Source of the DNA: Macrostomum lignano
Taxonomy: Eukaryota
NCBI GenBank assembly: GCA_002269645.1
Contig: NIVC01000866.1
Coordinates: 200,441-264,440, forward strand
Reading direction: 5' to 3'
DNA: 64,000 nt
Position 1 is the stretch's first letter, and each line of letters opens with the position of its first letter. The notes under the pieces were generated by a model. That model did no database searches. It saw only the letters and a list, made by a program, of their open reading frames with translations, and was not told the DNA's origin. The position numbers and the translations under genes were made by a program. Shown one piece after another: positions 53,975 to 64,000 of the stretch.

Positions 53975-56390
53975 GGGATGCTAGAGAAGATGGGAGACAG
54001 AGATGCTAGGGGAGATGGGAGACAGATGCTAGGGGAGATGGGAGACAGAGATGCTAGGGGAGATGGGAGACAGATGCTAGGGGAGATGGGAGACAGAGAT
54101 GCTAGGGGAGATGGGAGACAGATGCTAGGGGAGATGGGAGACAGAGATGCTAGGGGAGATGGGAGACAGAGATGCTAGGGGAGATGGGAGACAGAGATGC
54201 TAGGGGAGATGGGAGACAGAGATGCTAGGGGAGATGGGAGATAAAGATGCTAGGGGAGATGGGAGACAGAGATGCTAGGGGAGATGGGAGACAGAGATGC
54301 TAGGGGAGATGGGAGACAGAGATGCTAGGGGAGATGGGAGACAGATGCTAGGGGAGATGGGAGACAGAGATGCTAGGGGAGATGGGAGACAGATGCTAGG
54401 GGAGATGGGAGACAGAGATGCTAGGGGAGATGGGAGACAGATGCTAGGGGAGATGGGAGACAGAGATGCTAGGGGAGATGGGAGACAGATGCTAGGGGAG
54501 ATGGGAGACAGAGATGCTAGGGGAGATGGGAGACAGAGATGCTAGGGGAGATGGGAGACAGAGATGCTAGGGGAGATGGGAGACAGAGATGCTAGGGGAG
54601 ATGGGAGATAAAGATGCTAGGGGAGATGGGAGACAGAGATGCTAGGGGAGATGGGAGATAAAGATGCTAGGGGAGATGGGAGACAGAGATGCTAGGGGAG
54701 ATGGGAGATAAAGATGCTAGGGGAGATGGGAGATAAAGATGCTAGGGAGATGGGAGATAAAGATGCTAGGGGAGATGGGAGACAGAGATGCTAGGGGAGA
54801 TGGGAGATAAAGATGCTAGGGGAGATGGGAGACAGAGATGCTAGGGGAGATGGGAGATAAAGATGCTAGGGGAGATGGGAGACAGAGATGCTAGGGGAGA
54901 TGGGAGACAGATGCTAGGGGAGATGGGAGACAGAGATGCTAGGGGAGATGGGAGACAGAGATGCTAGGGGAGATGGGAGATAAAGATGCTAGGGGAGATG
55001 GGAGACAGAGATGCTAGGGGAGATGGGAGACAGAGATGCTAGGGGAGATGGGAGACAGAGATGCTAGGGGAGATGGGAGACAGAGATGCTAGGGGAGATG
55101 GGAGATAAAGATGCTAGGGGAGACAGAGATGCTAGGGGAGATGGGAGATAAAGATGCTAGAGGAGACAGAGATGCTAGGGGAGATGGGAGATAAAGATGC
55201 TAGGGGAGATGGGAGATAAAAATGCTAGGGGAGATGGGAGATAAAGATGCTAGGGAGATGGGAGATAAAGATGCTAGGGGAGACAGAGATGCTAGGGGAG
55301 ATGGGAGATAAAGATGCTAGGGGAGATGGGAGACAGAGATGCTAGGGGAGATGGGAGACAGAGATGCTAGGGGAGATTGGAGATAAAAATTCTAGGGGAG
55401 ACAGAGATGCTAGGGGAGATGGGAGATAAAAATGCTAGGGGAGACAGAGATGCTAGGGGAGATGGGAGACAGATGCTAGGGGAGATGGGAGACAGAGATG
55501 CTAGGGGAGATGGGAGACAGATGCTAGGGGAGATGGGAGACAGAGATGCTAGGGGAGATGGGAGACAGAGATGCTAGGGGAGATGGGAGACAGAGATGCT
55601 AGGGGAGATGGGAGACAGAGATGCTAGGGGAGATGGGAGATAAAGATGCTAGGGGAGATGGGAGATAAAGATGCTAGGGGAGACAGAGATGCTAGGGGAG
55701 ATGGGAGATAAAAATGCTAGGGGAGACAGAGATGCTAGGGGAGATGGGAGATAAAGATGCTAGGGGAGATGGGAGATAAAGATGCTAGGGGAGATGGGAG
55801 ACAGAGATGCTAGGGGAGATGGGAGATAAAGATGCTAGGAGAGACAGAGATGCTAGGAGAGACAGAGATGCTAGGGGAGACAGAGATGCTAGGGGAGACA
55901 GAGATGCTAGGGGAGATGGGAGACAGAGATGCTAGGGGAGACAGAGATGCTAGGGGAGACAGAGATGCTAGGGGAGACAGAGATGCTAGGAGAGACAGAG
56001 ATGCTAGGGGAGACAGAGATGCTAGGGGAGACAGAGATGCTAGGGGAGACAGAGATGCTAGGAGAGACAAAGATGCTAGGGGAGACAGAGATGCTAGGGG
56101 AGACAGAGATGCTAGGGGAGACAGAGATGCTAGGGGAGACAGAGATGCTAGGGGAGACAGAGATGCTAGGAGAGACAGAGATGCTAGGAGAGACAGAGAT
56201 GCTAGGAGAGACAGAGATGCTAGGAGAGACAGAGATGCTAGGGGAGACAGAGATGCTAGGAGAGACAGAGATGCTAGGAGAGACAGAGATGCTAGGGGAG
56301 ACAGAGATGCTAGGAGAGACAGAGATGCTAGGAGAGACAGAGATGCTAGGGGAGACAGAGATGCTAGGGGAGACAGAGATGCTAGGGGAA
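53975..56390. repeat. 23/25-bp then 18-bp purine-rich satellite (GGGAGACAGAGATGCTAGGGGAGAT)n in GPx intron 2
   Basis: Direct reading. Confidence 0.96.
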
Positions 56391-56503
56391 AAAGAGATTC
56401 CAGCAGAGACAGAGATGCCACCAGGAGACTCGCGATGACAATATGCTGGACAAGCCTCCCAATGCCCCTCTCCACCCAACCCCACCGCAAATCCCGCTCG
56501 CAG

Positions 56504-56882
56504 AGGTCGCGTCCTTGTCGTGACCAACGTGGCGTGCCTCTGAGGCGCCACGGAGAGCAACTACGCCCAGCTGGTCGACCTGCACACTCGACTAGCGGGC
56601 CGGGGTCTCTCCATCGCCGCGTTTCCCTGCAACCAGTTTGGCAGTCAGGAGCCGTGGCCCGAGGCTCAGATCAAAGAGTTCGTTGTTAGCCGTTTCGGCG
56701 TTAAATTCGACCTGTACGCCAAAGTTGACGTCAATGGCGACGGGGCGCATCCGTTGTTCGCGTTTCTGAAAGCTCAACTGCCCGGCACGCTCATGGATTT
56801 CATCAAGTGGAATTTCACCAAGTTTCTGATTGACAGGCGAGGCGTGCCAGTGAAACGATACGGGCCCAATGTGCCGCCCAAG
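56504..56882 (+). CDS. GPx4: GPx exon 3, catalytic core with selenocysteine (TGA at 56541-56543)
   Basis: GRVLVVTNVACL-U-GATESNYAQL...AFPCNQFGSQEPW...KVDVNG...HPLFAFLK...IKWNFTKFLIDRRG.PVKRYGP; splice phases match exons 2 and 4. Confidence 0.96.
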
Positions 56883-57014
56883 GTGAGCTGCTGGGATGTG
56901 GGACAATAGTGGGCTGGTGAACTCTCGAAGTATAAGTCACTCTAACGGTCTAAGGGCTCTATATATTCTATACTTCGAGTATAATCAATTCTGCAAATCC
57001 CACTCTGTTAATTC

Positions 57015-59620
57015 CCATTCTACAAGTCCCACTCTGCAAGTCCCACTCTGCAAGTCCCACTCTGCAAGTCCCACTCTGCAAGTCCCACTCTGCAAGTCCC
57101 ACTCTGCAAGTCCCACTCTGCTAGTCCCACTCTACAAGTCCCACTCTGCAGGTCCCACTCTACAAGTCCCACTCTACAAGTCCCACTCTACAAGTCCCAC
57201 TCTACAAGTCCCACTCTACAAGTCCCACTCTACAAGTCCCACTCTACAAGTCCCACTCTACAAGTCCCACTCTACAAGTCCCACTCTACAAGTCCCACTC
57301 TACAAGTCCCACTCTGCAGGTCCCACTCTACAAGTCCCACTCTGCAAGTCCCATTCTACAAGTCCCACTCTGCAAGTCCAACTCTGCAGGTCCCACTCTA
57401 CAAGTCCCACTCTACAAGTCCCACTCTGCAAGTCCCACTCTACAAGTCCCACTCTGCAAGTCCCACTCTGCAAGTCCCACTCTGCAAGTCCCACTCTACA
57501 AGTCCCACTCTGCAAGTCCCACTCTACAAGTCCCACTCTGCAAGTCCCACTCTACAAGTCCCACTCTGCAAGTCCCACTCTGCAAGTCCCACTCTACAAG
57601 TCCCACTCTGCAAGTCCCACTCTACAAGTCCCACTCTACAAGTCCCACTCTGCAAGTCCCACTCTACAAGTCCCACTCTGCAAGTCCCACTCTGCAAGTC
57701 CCACTCTACAAGTCCCACTCTGCAAGTCCCACTCTGCAAGTCCCACTCTACAAGTCCCACTCTGCAAGTCCCACTCTGCAAGTCCCACTCTACAAGTCCC
57801 ACTCTGCAAGTCCCACTCTACAAGTCCCACTCTACAAGTCCCACTCTGCAAGTCCCACTCTACAAGTCCCACTCTGCAAGTCCCACTCTGCAAGTCCCAC
57901 TCTACAAGTCCCACTCTGCAAGTCCCACTCTGCAAGTCCCACTCTACAAGTCCCACTCTGCAAGTCCCACTCTGCAAGTCCCACTCTACAAGTCCCACTC
58001 TGCAAGTCCCACTCTGCAAGTCCCACTCTACAAGTCCCACTCTGCAAGTCCCACTCTACAAGTCCCACTCTGCAAGTCCCACTCTGCAAGTCCCACTCTA
58101 CAAGTCCCACTCTGCAAGTCCCACTCTGCAAGTCCCACTCTACAAGTCCCACTCTGCAAGTCCCACTCTGCAAGTCCCACTCTACAAGTCCCACTCTGCA
58201 AGTCCCACTCTGCAAGTCCCACTCTGCAAGTCCCACTCTGCAAGTCCCACTCTACAAGTCCCACTCTACAAGTCCCACTCTGCAAGTCCCACTCTGCAAG
58301 TCCCACTCTACAAGTCCCACTCTACAAGTCCCACTCTGCAAGTCCCACTCTACAAGTCCCACTCTGCAAGTCCCATTCTACAAGTCCCACTCTGCAAGTC
58401 CCACTCTGCAAGTCCCACTCTGCAAGTCCCACTCTACAAGTCCCACTCTACAAGTCCCACTCTGCAAGTCCCATTCTACAAGTCCCACTCTGCAAGTCCC
58501 ACTCTGCAAGTCCCACTCTACAAGTCCCACTCTACAAGTCCCACTCTGCAAGTCCCATTCTACAAGTCCCACTCTGCAAGTCCCACTCTCCAAGTCCCAC
58601 TCTGCAAGTCCCACTCTGCAAGTCCCACTCTGCAAGTCCCACTCTGCAAGTCCCACTCTGCTAGTCCCACTCTACAAGTCCCACTCTGCAGGTCCCACTC
58701 TACAAGTCCCACTCTACAAGTCCCACTCTACAAGTCCCACTCTACAAGTCCCACTCTACAAGTCCCACTCTACAAGTCCCACTCTACAAGTCCCACTCTA
58801 CAAGTCCCACTCTACAAGTCCCACTCTACAAGTCCCACTCTACAAGTCCCACTCTACAAGTCCCACTCTGCAGGTCCCACTCTACAAGTCCCACTCTGCA
58901 AGTCCCATTCTACAAGTCCCACTCTGCAAGTCCAACTCTGCAGGTCCCACTCTACAAGTCCCACTCTGCAGGTCCCACTCTACAAGTCCCACTCTGCAAG
59001 TCCCATTCTACAAGTCCCACTCTGCAAGTCCCACTCTGCAAGTCCCACTCTACAAGTCCCACTCTACAAGTCCCACTCTGCAAGTCCCACTCTGCAAGTC
59101 CCACTCTACAAGTCCCACTCTACAAGTCCCACTCTGCAGGTCCCACTCTACAAGTCCCACTCTGCAAGTCCCATTCTACAAGTCCCACTCTGCAAGTCCC
59201 ACTCTGCAAGTCCCACTCTGCAAGTCCCACTCTACAAGTCCCACTCTACAAGTCCCACTCTGCAAGTCCCATTCTACAAGTCCCACTCTGCAAGTCCCAC
59301 TCTACAAGTCCCACTCTACAAGTCCCACTCTGCAAGTCCCATTCTACAAGTCCCACTCTGCAAGTCCCACTCTGCAAGTCCCACTCTGCAAGTCCCACTC
59401 TACAAGTCCCACTCTGCAAGTCCCACTCTGCAAGTCCCACTCTACAAGTCCCACTCTGCAAGTCCCACTCTGCAAGTCCCACTCTACAAGTCCCACTCTG
59501 CAAGTCCCACTCTGCAAGTCCCACTCTACAAGTCCCACTCTGCAAGTCCCACTCTACAAGTCCCACTCTACAAGTCCCACTCTGCAAGTCCCACTCTACA
59601 AGTCCCACTCTGCAAGTCCC
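57015..59620. repeat. 14-bp satellite (CAAGTCCCACTCT[A/G])n in GPx intron 3
   Basis: Direct reading. Confidence 0.97.
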
Positions 59621-60306
59621 TCTCCTTTTTTATTCCCTCTCTGAGCCTGCAGTTTTTACTTCAGTACTAATCCTCAAATGTAGCAGATTCCCAGCAACAA
59701 CAAAGCAGTGACTCCTCACCATGTATTATTGTAACCATAGTAACAATCTGATCCCTAAATACTGAATAGAGGTGGCAAATTTTGTAGACATAAACCTTTA
59801 CCTAACTAATTATCAATTTGTGTCAACACTCAATCCGTGCAAACAGCTGTTCGGGTTGGCATGGCAACGCTAATTGACTCCAGGGAGTCGCGGCTAATTA
59901 ATTTAATTACACAAATGCAGTAGCTGCACTATCGATTCATAGAGTCAACCCTAAAGACACTGTGTGACAATGAGAATTTCAAGTCAATGCCACTGTACAT
60001 CCTGTGTGAGTGCTTGCCGGCGTACCTATGCGTGTTGTGTGCTCAGGGTCAGCAAAACTGGACATATCGCCTTTAACCTGCATGTATAATGGGACAGAGG
60101 AGTTCTATAAATAGATTTATAGCTTTATAGAAGTATTCGATTATAAATGAGAGCATCCAAGTTGTAGTATTGACCATTGACAACACAATTACTATCAAGC
60201 CAGTGGATATTTTGTTATTTCCCTAGCTAGCATCTGGACTGGAGACGAAAATTGTACAATCACATTATCACATCTTGTTTTAAACGTTTCATTCACTATT
60301 TTGTAG

Positions 60307-60354
60307 GACATGGAGGCGGACATCCTTGAGCTACTCAAAAAGGACGAATTGTAG
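60307..60354 (+). CDS. GPx4: GPx last exon DMEADILELLKKDEL*
   Basis: Acceptor ttttgtag, phase 0; resembles the GPx4-type C-terminal helix (DIE.DI..LL); followed by the SECIS. Confidence 0.85.
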   Translation, partial: DMEADILELLKKDEL

Positions 60355-60460
60355 AAGTTGATGTTGAGTAATTTTACTGAGACAATTTAATTATTACTCG
60401 TTATAAATCAAATTACTTGGCTTGACCTCAGACTCTCAAAACTCTTATTAAGAGCACTAG

Positions 60461-60518
60461 ATGAAGCGCGATCTTGAAAAAATCGATTGCTAAAATTGAT
60501 TGGAGATCGATTGCTGAT
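60461..60518 (+). promoter_or_regulatory. SECIS element (form 2) in the GPx 3' UTR
   Basis: AUGA core at 60461-64 opposite UGAU at 60515-18; helix II GCGCGAUCUU / GGAGAUCGAUUGC with a 2-nt bulge; unpaired AAAA at 60477-80; apical mini-stem AAUCGAUU / AAUUGAUU. Confidence 0.9.
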
Positions 60519-60844
60519 TGATAAATTAGCCCAGACTTAGATGTTGAATTTATTATTCCAGTGTGCAATTGCATCTTTGTTTGGGCTAGCCTTGATAAGA
60601 GATTGAAGGTCTGTGGCCGGTTAGCAAATATTTTTCATCTTTTAACAATAGCTCAAAAGAAACAAAATTAAACTGTTTTTTTCATTCGAATACTAAATTT
60701 TTTAGTTCTCGTTAATGTCTTCCCGACGATATGCTTGATTAAGATTTTGATTTGAACACTGGCTTTACTGTTAGTTCTTTGGTTTTGGAACTCGTCCTAA
60801 ATGATTGGCCAGAGGAGTCATATCAATGAAGAAAAGTAATTGAA

Positions 60845-61462
60845 GAAAGTTAATTGGTCGGGGAGGGGCACGGGTTGAGGTTGTGGGGTAGGAATAAGTG
60901 TGGAGTTAAAGAGGGATGAGAGTTGGGGAGGGACTGGGGTTGAGGCGGCGGTCAGTGGGGGTAGGATTCGTAGGAATGAGTGCGGTGTTGAAGAGGGATA
61001 AGGAATGGGAAGGGACTGTGGGTTGAAGTGGCGGTCAGTGGGGGGCAAGAATGAGTGCGGGGTTGAAAAGGGAAGAGGGTTGGGGAGGGACTGGGGTTTA
61101 AGGCGGCGGTCAGTAGGGGTAACAATGAGTGCTGGGTTGAAAGGGACGAGCGATGGGGAGGGACTGGGGTTGAAGCGGCCATCAGTGGGGGGGGGGTAGG
61201 ATTGAGTGCGGAGTTGAAGAGGGACGAGGTTTGGGGAGCGACTGGGTTTAAGGCGGCAGTCAGTGGGGGGTAGGAATAAGTGCGGAGTTGAAGAGGGACG
61301 AGGGGTGGGGAGCGACTGAGGTTGAGGCGGCAGTCAGTGGGGGGTAGGAATAAGTGCGGAGTTGAAGAGGGACGAGAGGTGGGGAGCGACTGGGGTTGAG
61401 GCGGCGGTCAGTGAGGGTAAGAATGAGTGCGGAGTTGAAGAGGGACGAGGGGTGGGGAGCGG
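60845..61462. repeat. Degenerate G-rich ~60-75-bp repeat (GAGGCGGCGGTCAGTGGGGGGTAGGAATAAGTGCGG...)
   Basis: Recurring blocks; a similar unit resumes at ~63038 after the foldback element. Confidence 0.8.
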
Positions 61463-61467
61463 GATAG

Positions 61468-63031
61468 CGACGTTTGCCTGCGGGACGTTTGACAGCCGAC
61501 GTTTGCCTGCGGGACGTTTTCCAGACGACATTTGCCAGCCGACGTTTGACAGCCGACGTTTGCCAGTGGTACGTTTGCCAGCCGAAGTTTGCCTGCCGGA
61601 CGTTTGCCAGCCGACGTTTGCCTGCGGGACGTTTGCCAGCCGACATTTGCCAGCCGACGTTTGCCAGCCGACGTTTGCCAGCGGGACGTTTGCCAGCCGA
61701 AGTTTTCCTGCTGGACGTTTGCCTGCGGGATATTTTCCAGCCGACGTTTGCCAGCCGACGTTTGCCTGCCGGAAGTTTGCCAGCCAAAATTTGCTAGCCA
61801 ATATAAAGCCAGTCAGTGAAAAATTTGATACTGAAATATTCGCAGTTTAGCGGTTTGACAAAAACCATTTTTACTCCAACTTTTTGACGGTTATTCGCAT
61901 GTACACAAGTTTGAAAGCAAAATATATAAATTATGCAGTTCATCAGTCTAACGTCTAATATCTAGTTTAACAACGATTTTGGCACAACATATCAAAAGAT
62001 GAACATTGGGTTTGCCTCGTATGAAAGCAATAACAATTGTTGTGCTGAAAAGATGAAAACTTCCTATCTCCCTATGGCCTTCAAAACATTTTTCATAGAT
62101 TTCGAGTGCTGCGTACTACTACTTTAGTAGTCCTTGGCATGACTAAAGCTTTGCATACGTAGTGTCTAGCGCTTGCTATTCTACTAGCTTGCTACTGGCG
62201 GCTTGTCTGGCTATTCAGCTATATAGCTTACTATAAAAACGTACCGCATTCGACTCGTCTACACATGTACGTTGAGATCGCGGTTTCCTGGCTTACTTGA
62301 ATAGTAATACAACAGAATTGGAATCAATTTGCTTACTTTTGGATCTCCCAATGAACTGAGAAATATATGAGCCAGAATTACCGCTCAGCAGCTTTTTTTG
62401 TTTGCCTCATAACTTAATCGCTGGAGATTCCCGTTGTAATCTGCGCGTCTTCTTTCGCACATCAAGAATCAAACATCTCAAACTGGGAAAAACGATACAC
62501 AATTGTCAAAAGTAAACAATATTTTCACATTTAAAGTGAAATCCTATCTATCTATCTAATATTTTCACATTCAAACTTGTATATATGCGAATAACCGTCA
62601 AAAAGTTGGAGTAAAAATGGTTTTTGTCAAACCGCTAAACTGCGAATGTTTCAGTGTCAAATTTTTCACTGACTGGCTTTATATTGGCTAGCAAATTTTG
62701 GCTGGCAAATTTCCGGCAGGCAAACGTCGGCTGGCAAACGTCGGCTGGCAAACGTCCGGCAGGCAAACGTCCGACTGGCAAACGTCCCGCTGGCAAACGT
62801 CGGCTGGCAAATGTCGGCTGGCCAATGTCGGCTGGCAAACGTCGGCTGGCAAACGTCGGCTGGCAAACGTCGGCTGGCAAACGTCCCGCAGGCAAACGTC
62901 CGGCAGGCAAACTTCGGCTGGCAAACGTCCCACTGGCAAACGTCGGCTGGCAAACGTCGGCTGGCAAATGTCGGCTGGCAAACGTCCAGCAGGCAAACGT
63001 CGGCTGGCAAACGTCCCGCAGGCAAACGTCG
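61468..63031. mobile_element. Foldback-type non-autonomous element: ~450-bp TIRs made of a 14-bp tandem array plus a ~125-bp unique segment; 3-bp TSD TAG
   Basis: Left arm 61468-61915 ((CGACGTTTGCCAGC)n then AAAATTTGCTAGCCAAT...AAGTTTGAA) mirrors the right arm 62570-63031; TAG at 61465-67 and 63032-34. Confidence 0.8.
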
Positions 63032-63764
63032 TAGACCCGTGGGGAGCGAATGGGTTTGAGACGGTGGCCAGTTTTTTTTTTAAGGTTTGCTACATTGATT
63101 TTTGGTGTTTTATATCTAGTAAAAGTGCGAAAATGAAACGGCAGGGATAAGGGAACGATTTGACATTGGAATATGGATTTTTTGGCGGCTAATGTCCAAA
63201 ACAGTACAACTGCTTTGTTCTCTATAGCCGATGGGAAATTGATTAAGACCAATTAACGTACCTATCTATCCACTTTAGTATCCTGAAGTCACCAAAGTCA
63301 CTTACGCTGGTTAATCAATTAGGGCATTTGACAATTGTGTGTCAATAAACTTTCCATGGTGCTTTGTGTCAGTAATTTTGCTGCCTATTATTGAATTGAA
63401 TTCTCTGGCAGTTTAGCTTTTAGTGCGGCGGAGAAATTAATGAATTCGTTGGGCCTGGTGCGGAAGTAGCAATGGCTTTTGGAATCTAGTAGACTGATCT
63501 TCATTTAGCTGAGGTCTATTGTTTCAGGCGGACAAACCGCCAGTATGTCAGGTTATAAGCGGGCTGTCTCTACCAGTGTGCTCACCTGTGCGCTCTCCTG
63601 AGTGCTCAGAATTTACGATAACCTTATTTGGGATTTGTTGAGAATGGCATTGTCTGCGTGATTTCGTCTCCAGTTTAATTTAGGAAGAGATCAGTTATAC
63701 CGGTGCTGCTCGGTCTTTTTTACGAGCCGATCGTAGCTATACATTGTCAGTTGTCTAGGTGAGG

Positions 63765-64000
63765 TCAGTTTGGAATTTGGATATTGAGTCAGTTATCATT
63801 TTGAGTCAGTTTGGAATTTGGATATTGAGTCAGTTATCATTTTGAGTCAGTTTGGAATTTGGATATTGAGTCAGTTATCATTTTGAGTCAGTTTGGAATT
63901 TGGATATTGAGTCAGTTATCATTTTGAGTCAGATCGGAATTTGGATATTGAGTCAGTTATCATTTTGAGTCAGTTTGGAATTTGGATATTGAGTCAGTTA
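63765..64000. repeat. 41-bp tandem repeat (GAGTCAGTTTGGAATTTGGATATTGAGTCAGTTATCATTTT)n running off the window
   Basis: Direct reading. Confidence 0.93.

Noticed and set aside
56896-59670. 924-aa ORF of SHSASPTLQVPLCK repeats
   Set aside because: The 14-bp unit has no stop in any plus frame, so the ORF is automatic. It lies in GPx intron 3 between a GT donor (56883) and an AG acceptor (60306).

Overview
Eukaryotic animal DNA, most likely a flatworm such as Macrostomum. This is inference from GC-rich poly-Ala/Gln exons, minisatellite-filled introns and a schistosome-like GPx. Roughly 40% of the window is tandem repeats, and most long ORFs in the track are repeat artefacts. Four host genes can be assembled with consistent splice phases. 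(1) Sin3 corepressor, minus strand, 5 coding exons from 7488 to 1442, continuing off the left edge. (2) An intronless teashirt/tiptop zinc-finger gene, minus strand, 19077-20705. (3) An LZTS/Fez1-family coiled-coil gene, plus strand, 45938-48979. (4) A selenocysteine glutathione peroxidase, plus strand, 51557-60354, with in-frame TGA at 56541, a form-2 SECIS at 60461-60518, an N-terminal leader and a C-terminal KDEL. The top observation is a full-length ~5.9 kb APE-RT-RNaseH non-LTR retrotransposon (LOA-like, ~27609-33507) inserted with a ~13-bp TSD into a GACAGACACTAA satellite. Its exact 5' end folds into a complete HDV-like self-cleaving ribozyme, with P1, P1.1, P2, P3, P4, L3 and the catalytic C all assignable by hand. 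Also present: a 5'-truncated RTE-like LINE, three inverted-repeat DNA elements and many minisatellites.
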